DNA of 64,000 bases from Flaccisagitta enflata (Eukaryota), in NCBI GenBank assembly GCA_965153355.1, contig OZ231126.1, positions 20,770,001-20,834,000 of the forward strand. The letters are read 5' to 3'. The notes beneath the pieces are model-generated. The model was given only the letters and a program-made list of their open reading frames with translations, was not told the origin of the DNA and ran no database searches. Shown piece after piece: positions 27,253 through 40,624 of the stretch. Positions within the stretch are counted from its first letter, which is position 1. Every line of letters starts with the position of its first letter. A program made the position numbers and the translations under genes.

Positions 27253-27658
27253 GAGAAAGAAAGAAAGAAAAAAAGAAAGAAAATAAGAAAAAAAGAAAGA
27301 GAACAAAAGAGAGAGAAAGAGAAAGAAAAAGAATGAAAGAGAGAGAAAGAGAAATAACGGAAGAGAAAGAAAGAGAAAGTAAGTGAAAGAAAATAAAAGA
27401 AAGAAAAAGAAAGAAAGACAAAGAGAGAGAAAGAGAAACAAAGAAAGAGAAAGAAAGAGAAAGAAAGAGAGAGAAAGAGAGAGAAAGATAGAGAAAGAAA
27501 GAGAAAGAAAGAGAAAGAGAGAGAAAGAGAAACAAAAAAAGAGAGAGATAGAAAGAAAGGAAGAAAGAAAGAATAAAAAGAAGAATGAAAGAAAGAATGA
27601 AAGAAAGAAAGAAAGAATGAAAGAATGAAAGAAAAATAGAGAGAATGAAATAAAGAAT

Positions 27659-27725
<67 letters not shown>
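25952..27725. repeat. 1.8-kb purine-rich compound satellite with 400-470-bp higher-order units
   Basis: Marker TAACGGAAGAG recurs at 26055, 26521, 26953 and 27355. Confidence 0.9.
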
Positions 27726-27729
<4 letters not shown>

Positions 27730-28535
27730 TGAAAAAATGAATAATAGTAAAGTGAAAAGGAAAGAAAAAGAATCAGGATCCTGAAGTCGACCAACACACG
27801 CGATATGGGATTGATTTCTTGCTCCAGATTGTGATGTTGTTAAGAAGGCCAGAGCTGGCTTCTTGCTTTAAAGAGAGTATGGAGATTATGGCCAGATGCT
27901 GCATCAAGATCTAGCCCTGGATCGCGGATGCGTTTTGAGAGATGACATATCACCTTGCCTTGCATTTTTAAGTGACTGGAAAGCCCATACTCTGAACCAT
28001 ATTCTTGGAAATTTCCAGCTTTGCCAAACAAACCATTCTCTCTCTGGCAGTTGTTGTTTAAAAAAAAGCAAATCAAAACTGACTGGAAAAAGAGAGAATT
28101 TTTTATTAATTTAGCTAAAAAACATACTTAAAGATAACTTTTTTGAACTCTGATTGCACGACTGAGTTCATCTGCGTTTCCTCTTTCTAAAATGGTAAAG
28201 AACGCTATTTCAAAGTGAATCACTGAGAGGTGAGATCAGGTGCAACAACCACATGTCAGAAAAACTAAGATTTGGCTATTTTTTTTTTATGTAGTAATGT
28301 GAGGAGAATAAGGGAAAAAAAAGACTGCAATCCAATGTAGTTAATACTCTAGTTTTCTTGAAAAAAAACCGCGATCCTCTATATGAACTTTTTTTTTTAC
28401 ACCTACTCAAACTATATGGAGAGTTAACATTTCAGAGTGCACAGATGAGCAGCTATGCTCATAAACATGTTTTCTTGTATTTTCATGCTCAAACAAACAC
28501 AAAGACACTCTTTTACTGATCCTACTTAAAATCAT

Positions 28536-28572
<37 letters not shown>

Positions 28573-29439
28573 CAATTTAAATTTTTCATCAATAAATCTT
28601 TAAAAAATCGTAACGCATAAAATGTTTGTTGTAGAGCATTCTGCTTGACGCCAAATGAAAGAGAATTATCCAAATTACTTACCCTATCAATTTTATTTTA
28701 GGGCTCATTGGGTCGATTGAGATCCCGAACTTTCCCATAAGAAAATGAATCCTCATTTGAAAATGAGGGCAGTAAGCTCTCCAACCACTCAAGGCCGAAT
28801 TGGATTTGAGTGGTTTTCGAACCTAACTGCCCCTTCTAACTAGAGTGGTTTTTAGATTAACTACAAAAGCAAAGTTTTCTTTGGCCTAATTTATATCTAA
28901 TTTGCATCACACTTGATTTCTTTTATGTCATCTCTTTATACAATACATGATTGTAAATTTTTGAAAATCTTAAGATAAAAATTCCTCAACAATGATATAT
29001 TTGTTTTTTCAAATAATCATTATTTTTTCTTAAATTCTAAAAAATATTAAAACAGGAAGTGACAAATGTAGATTTTTTTTTATCATTCTTAGATTCTCCT
29101 TTATAATGAATTGTTTTATTCTCATAAAAGAATTTCAATATTTATTTATTTAGAATAGGTAAAAAAGTGGTTTTAAAAAAAGTGAGGCTCAACCGTGAAA
29201 ATTAGTTCAGAATTATAGAAAAAAAAAGATAAATCATTCTTTTTTCACTGATAAAATAAACCAGACTTTTAGAATTCCCATGAGTGAGTAAAAACAATAA
29301 CCAGTCTAGTTAGAATTGAAAATGAGGGATGTCAAATATTATTCCACTCAAGACCGAATCTGACTATAGTGGTTAAAGTGTTAATTCTAGTCCGAAATTC
29401 GGCCTAAAATGGTTCCCCCCTTCCCCACCACCTTTCCGG

Positions 29440-29724
29440 TGGGGGGGGGGGGGGGGAATCAAAGGGTTTCGAGATGGGGAAGGAAATGAAAGGGGAAAAA
29501 AGAGAAAAAAAGAAATTTTTGGGAAAATGTAACTTTTGACAGCACCAAATCGTAAAAACTAGTTGGTGAAACACAATTCAACACCATTCAAACCTTAACA
29601 ACACTGTTTTATTGCTTTGTAGGGAAGAAAATCATAGATTTTTAAATGCGACGTGTCGCGTCGCGGGGAAGAAAATCAAGGCAGGGGGGAAAAATCAAAA
29701 GCGACTCAATCATTTTCAGCCCTG
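29440..29724 (+). mobile_element. Dispersed repeat, homologous to 35993-36298
   Basis: Both copies share poly-G-AATCAAAGGG...GGGAAGAAAATCATAGATT...ATGCGACG...GCGGGGAAGAAAATCA...CCCTG. The copies lie on either side of the large Hox exon. Confidence 0.65.
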
Positions 29725-30043
29725 TTTAAAATAACCTCTTACTTATGTAATGCATAAAAAACTGTCTGTTTCATGACCGCTTAGTACACACCCATCTTTC
29801 TTTTTTGTCATGGACGTACGTTATGTACGTTACGTACGTTATCTTTCTGTTTGGCCATGTGCCCATGTCTGTTTGATCATGACCATCCATCTGTCTGTCT
29901 GTCTATCTTTTCCTTTCTAGTGGTGGACTCAGCGAGGGAAAGCCCATGGAATGTCAAGTCATCGCATGTTATGTTGGGACGTGGCATGTCTCCTCTCTAC
30001 TTATTGTAGAATGGAGATTCAAACCCTTCTTCCTCTTTTTCTG

Positions 30044-30098
<55 letters not shown>

Positions 30099-31058
30099 TC
30101 TCTCTCTCTCTCTGATTCTTCGTGTATGTGTGTGTTCGCCCTCCCGATGGTTCTGTAGAAAGCTGAGTGAGAGATTTCTCCTCCTTCTCTTGGTGCTCCT
30201 CTCATCGTCCTCCTCTGCCTCCCACGGCTTCCTTTCCACCTCCGCTTCTTCTGCTCGCTTCTCCTCAAATTCCTCTTCTTCCTCTGGCTGCTCTTCCTCC
30301 ATCTACTCCTCAACTTCTTCTTCCTCCACTTGCTCCACTACCTCATCTTTCTTCCACTCTTCCTCCTCTTCCTCGCCCTCCTCCTCCCTCCCCCTCCCTT
30401 TACTGACTATACTGTTTCTATCTTCTTCCTTTCTAGCTGATGTTATTGCTGTAATCCAGTATATATGATTCTTTAAAATCATTTGTCAAGAACAATCATG
30501 TTAAATACGCATTGTTGTTTCAGCACATGAAAAACGACAATTCCCCTATGAGGTTCCTTGACACCTAGTTGAAACCTAGTTTAACACCGAGTGAATGGTT
30601 TCATCACATTTCGATCTTTGTGTCATACCTATCTAGAATTAAATCAACCCGAACATTTTAATCCTTCGACCTGTATCATGTATGAAAGTTGGACAACATT
30701 ACTACTCAACCCTACTTTACTAAAGGATGAGAGCCTTTGGAGCTTTCACTGGTGTTTAATCCGGACCCATCACAACTATCCTTTAAATTTCTAAATGTAT
30801 GTAACTGGTTTAAAACATGAATTGAGTATATGTCGCGTAGATATACAACCCGCTTTTTGGGCGGAGCGTCGAACTGCGCTGCGCATCAGTACGCGATCAC
30901 CTCCGCCTGGTATCCGGCCTTGTTTTTCAGTTTCCGTTTATCTAATAAGTATACGCTTTAGTAATTGAACGGGTTTTCAAATACGTTGATACGCCCTCTT
31001 CAGCCTGTGATCACAAAAGTAATTCTTAACTGTCTATTGCAAAAGTCTATCAGTTCTC

Positions 31059-31335
<277 letters not shown>

Positions 31336-33171
31336 GCAAAGACGCTCCTCACGAGACTCACAGAGCGAGAAGGACGTGTCGATGAAGAGCTGGAGAAATT
31401 GGAGGAGGAAGAGGAGGGAGGGGAGGCAGAGGAGCAGGAGCAAAATGAAGAAGAATGAAAAGAAAAGGAAATGAGAGGAAGTGAAGGAGGAAGCGGATGA
31501 GCCGGAGGAAGAGACTGAATTCCTTCTTTCTATTTCTCTCTCTCTCCTTGTCTCTCTATCTTTCTTTTTCTTTCTCTCTATCTCTATCTCTTTTCTCTCT
31601 ATCTCTATTTTTCTCTTTCTCTCAATCTAGCTGCTAACGATGTCGTTCGTCATAAAGGTGCTCGTAGAAAAAGGATCTGCGCCGTGGTGAAGCTCCTCCT
31701 TCCGAGACTTAAAAACTTTATTATTATTATATCGTGTTCGAATAAAATAAAGAATAAAATAAAAAACACACACACATACACACAAACGCACACACGGGGG
31801 CAACCGCGGAATGTATAATCAATTTTAAAGACCGTGTTTTATTTTGATATCGTTTTTTTTTCTCGTTTTGATGGTTTTTTGTCTTCTATTTTATCCCGTC
31901 TGCTAGGAGTGTCACCATGTTGACGATCAGCTGCGGTGACTCTTACTTTTCTATTTCTTTTTATCAGTTGACCAGCGATTCCAACTTCCTTCTAGTTACA
32001 TCATCTTCCTTATATTTTTTTTTCACCCCCAAACCAGACGACAACTTGTCGATTTTAACGGCCAAATTGGACGCCATTTTGTGATTCTTCTTTCGTCCCA
32101 ACGCGACGATTTCTCGATTTTCATTTCATTTTTTGTCAAGTCGGCGCTCATCTTGGTCTTTTGTTGTCGACGGCTCTCATCAGTCGAGTCATCTTACGGT
32201 GAGAGGCGCGTTTTAAAACTACGACAATGAAAAACAAAAGAACAACTGAATCGACTTCTCCGCCTACGATATTCTGTGAGGTATGAACCGGGCTGTTCTA
32301 TGGGCCTTTGGGCCCAATTGGGTGACGAAAAGAATGTATCAGCCGGTTGGTTTTAACGAAATTTACAGTAAAATAGCATATAGCATAAAGTCCATTTTGG
32401 CATCATTTGATGAATCCTTGTACTTCTCAATTATTAGTATGTAACTTCCTGTAAAGTAAAATATTCAAAACGGTATCAGGAAACACTATTACAGTATTAG
32501 ATGCATTGTGTTCAGATATAAGATGTAAATAGATGAAGCAATACAAAGAAAAATCGCGCAAAGAAAATTTTGCGTTAACTACCTTCAAACTCCGAACCAA
32601 CGGACCAACGGACCAACGGACCAACGGCCATGCTCTCTTAAAGAGATACGGTGATGCTTCCAGAGGAACAAAACAGACTAAGATAAAATCCACGAAAAGA
32701 TGGGTACGGAAGATCTACTGCCAACAAAAAGCACTACTTCATGCCTTTGCTACTCCTCTCAAATTGATTAAAAACTCTCGATGACATATTTCATTTACAC
32801 ACAGAACCCTTTCCAGACAAATTGCTGTTGGATGCTTCGCCAGTGGAAGTAAATGAGAAATTCCGGTTCTCGGCGACGTCTCTGAGATACAACTAGTCTT
32901 CCATTATCCCCATAACACTCTCAAAACGAATGAAAGAGGCCCTGACGTACTAGTCTTCTATATTTTCTTTCCACTCCAAATATCGGCAAATGCACCACTC
33001 ATAGCCATCTTGTCTTGATTGCTTCACTCACGCATAGGCACAATAGCTTACCCACAGCATGATACAAAGCTGAAACCACTCATTTACTACTCAAATTCCA
33101 CCTAACTATCCCCCATCACTCCCATTCGAGCTTTGAATTCAAGCCCCCTAACGCCCTATCCCGGCTTGAAG

Positions 33172-34570
33172 ATGATGCACCCAGCGGCGATGACTGACTT
33201 TGAAGCGGCGAATTCGCTGAAAAGTCTTCATCACGATTTGTCATCTTGGAACTTCGCCGCCGCCGCCGCCCACCACAACAACACCATTAACTCTATCAAC
33301 AACATCAGCCCCATCTCCCTCAATCACCCCCACCACCCTCATCACCCTCACCATCCTCATCACCAAGGAGGAGGAGGTGGACTCGGTGGTGGCGGCGGTG
33401 GCCTCGGCGGCCACTCTCATCACGTGCCACCACCTCCCGCTCCTCATCATCATCATCCTCATCATGCTCCTCCTCCACATCACAACCACTCCGCCGCCGC
33501 CGCTGCCAACAGTTGGCTCTCGCAATGCGCCGTTTCCGCCGGTGGTTTTCCCGGCGCTTCCGCGGCCGCCGCCGCCGCCGCCGTCGGAGGCTTAGGAGGA
33601 GGAAGCGTAGGAGCAGGAGGAGGTGGTGGCGGAAACAACGGATTGTCGACGCCAGAATCAAAGCCGAATTTCGCCGGTTTCGCCGCCGATCGTCTTTCCC
33701 CCGGCGGCGGAATCAGCGTCGGTAACGGCAGCACCAACAATAACAACAACAACAACGCCGGAAATAACTCTAATTGTATGGCCTCGACGCCGAATAATCT
33801 GTTGCCTCCGTCATCGACGCCGTCTTTGGGCGCCGACGGTGGAAATGGTGGCAGTGGCGCCGCGTCAGGTGACGTCGGCAGTCACCCGGGATCGTCACCC
33901 AATGTCACCGCCGATACCGGCGCCATTAATGACTTAAGATCGTATATGAACGGCGCCGCGATGCAGGGCGGCGCCAACGGCAGCCTCGGTGGTGGCGGCT
34001 TAGGAGGAGGAGGAGGAGGAGGAGGCAACAACTCTTCGCAAAATCTTCTCTCAACTTCCGGAAGAAATTCGCTTCATTCAAATGGTCAAAACAATAACAA
34101 TAATAACAATGACTTATTAGGTTCGTCCGCAGTAAGTGGAGGAGGAGGAGGAGGAGGCGCGTCAGCGGCGGCGGCGGCGGCTGCGGCAAATTCATTAAAT
34201 CAGTCATCTTCATCATCCCTTCATCATCATCCTCATTTATCGTCTTCATCGTCGTCTTCGTCTCTCGTAGCTTCTCATTACGCCAACGGTCATCACCCTC
34301 ATCACGAGCAGAAACCCATCGCGGCCGTCACCCCTTACGACATGTTCCCCAAATGTCCCAACCCCGCCTCCGCGGCTATGTCGGCGTCGGCCATGTCGGC
34401 ATCCGCCATGTCGGCCATGTCGGCGAATTACCCACCTCCTTGTCACCTGTCGGCGTCGGCGTCGATGGCAGCTGCCAGCGGCGCCGCGGCTTTCTCGCCG
34501 AATCATCACATGAACTGGGGACTCACCATGCAGTCGCATCTGCATTCGTCGAGTCAAGGATCATGGAATG
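33172..34570 (+). CDS. Posterior Hox (Abd-B class) gene, large N-terminal coding exon (His/Pro, Gly, Ala, Asn and Ser homorepeats; ends ...SQGSWN, phase 1)
   Basis: Long, codon-diverse, GC-rich ORF from ATGATG at 33172, with composition typical of a developmental transcription factor. Consensus donor ATG|GTGAGT at 34570/34571 is phase 1 and matches the phase-1 acceptor at 63011. The true start codon is uncertain. Confidence 0.85.
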
Positions 34571-34902
34571 GTGAGTTTCAGTTTTTGTTGCCTGCATGTT
34601 CTGCGCGGTGAAGACTAGACGGAATTTTGACGGTTGGACGTCCATTCCCGACAGCACGACAATGACAACTCTAATGATCCAACGACAACACACGTGAAAA
34701 CAAGATTACCAACAATAACAACGTCAACAACAACAAAAAACAATGATAAAAAAATGACGTGAGCCATAGCAACTGCGACAAGGTAAACAATGTCAGCAGC
34801 AGCAAAAACAACTACCGCAAAATCTTCAGAAGTAACACCACCACCACCACCACCACCACCACCACCACCACCACCACCACCACCACCACCACCACCACCA
34901 CC

Positions 34903-34955
<53 letters not shown>

Positions 34956-34990
34956 GAAAAAAAAACGACAACAAAAACGGCAACAACAAT

Positions 34991-35081
<91 letters not shown>

Positions 35082-35084
35082 ACA

Positions 35085-35276
35085 ACAACAAGGCCGGATA
35101 CACGGCCAATACGAGTCGCGGACGGGTGGGAAGGGGGGGGAATGGGCGTTTTCGCACTTTCGAACTTGATCATTACCAACGGACCGACGGACCAATGGAC
35201 CGACGAACCAACAGACCGACGGACCAACGGACCGACAGACAAAGCCTCTTATAGAGTCGCTAGTCAGCGCCAAAAA
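35085..35276 (-). mobile_element. HINE-like element (another at 35484-35617)
   Basis: Plus-strand reading AACAAGGCCGGATACACGGCC ... (GGAC/CGAC)n ... CTCTTATAGAGTCGC. Confidence 0.7.
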
Positions 35277-36397
35277 TATTTTCTTTGAATTTGCTTAACT
35301 CTTTAGTAGATTTGATAAGGGCAGTAGGCTGTCTCTACGTTATCTAACAGAGCACCTCCATATAAGGTTGAGTCCGTCCGCCGGCCGGTCATGCTCCGCA
35401 CGAGTCACCGGGTGCACTGATCTCAGCCTAATAAGCCTTGTTAAACTAGTACTCCAATTTATCGCCGAGTCTATGAAAAGTGAACAAGGCCGTATACACT
35501 GCAGCATTAGTCGCGGACGGGTGGGCAGGAGCGGAAAACCTCAAAAAGTGACTTTGTAACGGACCGACGGACCGACCGACAAAGTGGCTTATAGAGTAGC
35601 GAGTCCGCGACTAAAAATATCCCTCACTATACCCAAACTGAAATAAATGGAAGAGGACCTTGTGAACCCTCACTGACTAGTTACTACGCTCACCATAAAA
35701 CAGAATCTGAATAACATTCCTTTCAATCTAATCCTAAAGCAACCTGCTACATAAAGTAGTAAGGGCAATAATTGTTATTTTTGTAATCAAAATTCAACAA
35801 ATCATCCGAGGGTAACATTGTCAAGAACCATACCCTTTTATACCCCTACATGCGTCTGTCCGTTGTTCCGTCGGTCTGACCGTCCATCATTTTCCAGTCG
35901 TAAAGTATGTAAACGTGTATGACGGCGAGCACCCGAGGGCAACATTTAGTGTGTTAACAGGGTTTTAAACAGACGTGTATAAAGTTGAGCATTCCCCCCC
36001 CCCCCGGCGGGGGGGGGGGAAATCAAAGGGTTTGGAGAAGGGGAAAAAAATCAAAAGCCAAAAAAGAAGAAAAAAGAAAATTTTTTGAAGATTTAACACG
36101 TTTGGTAGTTCCAAATGGTAGTCTCTGATTACCACAACACATTTTTACACTATTTGAACCTGTAATATACTGTTTTATTGCTTATTGGGGAAGAAAATCA
36201 TAGATTTGGTAATGCGACGCAATGCGTTGCGGGGAAGAAAATCACAGGCAGGGGGGGGGGAATAAAATCAAAAGCCGCTCAATTATATACACCCCTGGTT
36301 CTAAATAGAAAATATTAAAAAAATAAAAATGAAAAACTATAAAAAACAAATTATTGAAACAAATCATACTAAATACTTAATCGCAAAATTTGCATTA

Positions 36398-36582
36398 AAC
36401 AAGGCCGGATACACGGCTACCCAAGTCGCGTGCGGGTGGGCAGGGGCCATATTTTAGATCACTAGACCATTTGGGCAGGAGCAGTAAGGTCCAAAAATAA
36501 AAATCATAAAAGAGTAAAGTGTGATCGACCGACCGACGGACGGACAAAGCGGAGTGTAGAGTGGCGTGCACGCTACTAAAAA
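36398..36582 (-). mobile_element. HINE-like element, AGTCGCGTGC subfamily
   Basis: Reverse complement of the 24156, 42526 and 57965 copies. Confidence 0.7.
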
Positions 36583-37204
36583 GAACAAATGTTATTATTA
36601 ACTAGGAAAATTCACTGGATAATACCCCAGATTTTCTTTTTTTTCACTGATAAGAGACTTGTCAAAATTATAACTTTGTATAGAAAATGAAAAAAAAAAA
36701 AAAACAGAAATGAAGAACATAGCCACCTTCCAAAATCAATTAGGTGAGGGCTGTACTTTCATTAAGTGATGCGGGGTCACATCATCGTTGCGAACGGGTG
36801 GGCAGGGGCGTTCAACCCCCATTCACACCCTCGCCCACCCACACACAATCACACACACAGACAGTCACAACAGAAGCCTCGAAGATGCGCGTTTTTGCAA
36901 TTTTCAATTCGATCACCATGACCGACGGACCAACAGACGGACAAAGGCTCCTATAGAGTTGCTCGTCCGCAACTAATAATGCAAAATTTCTCCGCGTTTG
37001 GTAGTGTTATAATTTTGAGAGCAGTAAAAAAATGAAAATTGTTAGGAAAATTTCTCTAAATTGCCTAGATTCAATGGTTCCTTTGGGGTCAGCATATGAC
37101 AAACACTTACACACCAAGTGTCTCTGGAGACAATTAGCGCTACGAAAGTATTTGTGGCATCACAATCATTCCACTATGATTTAAAGAATGGGGTAAAACA
37201 CCAT

Positions 37205-37324
<120 letters not shown>

Positions 37325-38210
37325 TGTGTGTATGTGTGTTTTTGAGGGGGCTGGGGGTTGCACACCCCTACCCACCCGTCCTCGAGGATAATGCATCCCG
37401 GGGATACTAGTTCTTGGTTAAACGGCTTTTTCTCAGCTCGCTTCTCTTCGCCACCCCTCCGGTTACGTGAAAGGCCCAGTCCAAGAACGCTTGTATTGCA
37501 CAGTAAAACAAAACAAGGCCGGATACACGGCTACCCCAGTCGCGTGCGGGTGGGCAGGGGCCATAATTGAGGTCAGTGGAACATTTGGGCAGGAGCAATA
37601 AGGCCAAAACCCCCATTAAAGTTTCCACAAATGCAGCTCAAGAAAATAACCATGCTTGAGAGTGTGATTTGCATAATGCAGTTTATGATTTTTATTCGAA
37701 TATAGGAGAGCACTATCCGACAAGCCTGGGCGATGATATGATCCCGTTTTGCTTATGTTTTTAAAAAAGTAATTGTAATTAGTAGCTTGACTTTTTTAAT
37801 GATATTGCTAGTCACCACATCATAGCGCGGCTATCGCGAGATCAGAAAAATGGAAATTTTAAATGATAGTTCATAGTGGCGCCTCGCAAAACTCTTTATC
37901 GTTTCCACCGCCGTTCTGCCCCTTTGTGGTTGGGCTTTTTGGTGCTTGGCTGTTGGGGGTTGACATGACCGCCGCTGTGGCTCCTTTCTTTACGTTATTT
38001 TTTCCTATTAAATCTCCACCTCTGTCTACCGACAGAGATACGGGGATGCATATGATCTCACTACCTGTTGTTGCTATCCAGGAATCTCCACCTCTGTCTA
38101 CGAAAGTGGAACTGTGTCGGAAGATCTCAGTAGAGAAAGAGAAAAAAAAAACAAAAAAAAAGAAAAAAGAAAAAAAACAAAAAAAGAAAGAAGAAAAAAC
38201 AAAAGGAAGC

Positions 38211-38278
<68 letters not shown>

Positions 38279-39417
38279 AAAAATAAAAGAGAAAGAATGA
38301 AAGAAAGGAAGAACGAATGACAATTTGACAGATTTCAAAATTTTCTTATATTCTTTTTGATGGGTTCAAATTGATTTAACAAAGGATTGACATAATTGGA
38401 TCTGTGCCAATCACGGCCAATAAGGGTTAAAAGAGTTTTTGTATGTATAGTGTGTCATTTTAAAACATCTTACCAGTGGTAAGTTACCACATGAAGTTAC
38501 CAGAAGACCATTGACCAATGACAATCTGAGTCGGAAACTTATGAGGGGAAATTTTTGCCTCTCGGAAGGTTTACAAAATATGAACGCCTGAATTACGGGG
38601 ATGCATATGATCTCACTACCTGTTGTTGCCATCCAGCATTTTTATAAATCTCCACCTCTGTCTACCGACAGAGAAACGGGGATGCATATGATCTCGCTAC
38701 CTATGGTTACTATCCAGCATAACATTTTTACCTACTTTTTTCATCTGTCAAGTCTCAGACTCTGTCCACCGTCAGAGATAACTTCTCTCTTGTGTTGCCT
38801 CTTCCAGATATCATTTTTGACTAGATTTTTGCCATCCAGTTTCAAGTGCCTATCGTTTTTGCGGTTATTTAAATGACTCACTCACTACTGACTGGACTAT
38901 CTATTTATTCCTGCGTTCTTTTGTTACTTGTTTAAATGACTTACTGACAACTGGCCAACTATTTATTCCTGCGTTTCTTTCCAGTTTCAAGGGCCTGGCC
39001 CATAATGGTTGGTTCCTTAAGTGGACGAATTTAGAATAGATATTTATTCTCGCTCCCTTGACTATTTGAATAACTCACTACTGACTGACTATGCTGACTA
39101 TACTATTTATTTCCGTGCTTGGTATGGCTTCTGGTCACTTAGAACGGCTATTTATTCTCGTGCCGTTGGTTATTTAAATGACTCACTACTAACTGACTGA
39201 CTACACTATTTATTTCCGTACTTGGTTTGAATTCTAATCATTTTGATGGTAGCCTCCAGCCTGCGCCTTACATTATTACGACTTTGGTACCAACATACGG
39301 ACTCAGGACTTCTATTTATTACTGATCCATTGATTGGACCGGAACTTTTTTTGGTGGCTGAATGCGTCTCCAACACAAGAGAGAAGTGATACATTTCTCC
39401 TCGGTAGTTAATAAAAA

Positions 39418-39509
<92 letters not shown>

Positions 39510-39560
39510 AGCACACACACACAAGCACACTCACACACAAGCAGGCACACACACAAGCAG

Positions 39561-39642
<82 letters not shown>

Positions 39643-40527
39643 TATCTGTAACATGGCTTTTCTTCCCGGTTGACTAATTTTATCTGGGTAGCCCTTGACC
39701 TCACTGAGACTCATTTGTGGAGGGTTGCTTCTAGTCCGTCAGACTCTTTCCGATCTAGTCAAATACTTACGGACGATCTCGGCCTATTTATTTCCCGTCT
39801 AGTCTACTCTCGCGAAAAGTCTCGAATTAATTGCTGCTTTCCATACACTCTGATCTCGAATTAGTTTTCACTTTTCATCTAGTCTGCGCTCACAAACGAT
39901 CTCGAAATATTTATTCATTGTTCGTCTAGTCTCCTCGATCTCAGGATACATGGTTTTACAAATTTAACTCAAATCTTTAATGCCCTTACAAACAGTATGT
40001 GACTTAATAATCCAGGCCATTCCTTAACTAGTGTAAATTTTAACTTGTAACACAATCTAATCCGCTCGGTTATACTAAAAATTAGCATGTAGCCCCGTCC
40101 AAAATAGTATGTAGCCCCGTTAAAACTAGCATATAGCTCTATTTTAAACAGTCTGTAAGAAACACAAAGGAAAAGTTTCAGGAACACTTTTGAATCATTC
40201 TCACGCGCATTAACATGCTTCATTCTCTTTCTCTTTCAGGAAAAAAAAAAAATATCGTTTCCACTTTATCGTTTCCACTTTCCCGTATTGAGCTCTCCGG
40301 AATACCTTCTGGGGGCATTGTTTGAATCTCGGGCCGATGGCCCTGACAATTTTGCCTGAGCCCGGGAAATGATGAGCTTCGACATGGGTAATAACGTTCA
40401 ATACCAGTGCATGTAACACTTGGGAGTGTCTTTAGAATAACTTTGTCTCTGCCCCTATGTCTGTTTGTCTGTTTCTGCCTCTTTGTCTGTCTGTCTGTTT
40501 GTCTCTCTCTGTATCTCTGACTCTCTG

Positions 40528-40624
<97 letters not shown>

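Noticed and set aside
25676-27797. 513-624 aa ORFs on the minus strand
   Set aside because: Translations of the T/C-rich satellite (F/L/S only), open in all three frames because stop codons cannot form.
34571-34611. C-terminal extension GEFQFLLPACSAR of the 492-aa ORF
   Set aside because: It begins at a consensus GTGAGT donor and is intron read-through.
35358-35367. Perfect CArG box CCATATAAGG
   Set aside because: It lies in a decayed HINE 5' end (GCACCTCTATAAG-like, followed by GTCCGTCC).
37871-38010. Minus-strand peptide VKKGATAAVMSTPNSQAPKSPTTKGQNGGGNDKEFCEAPL
   Set aside because: Short, no known motif, and embedded in repeat-derived sequence.
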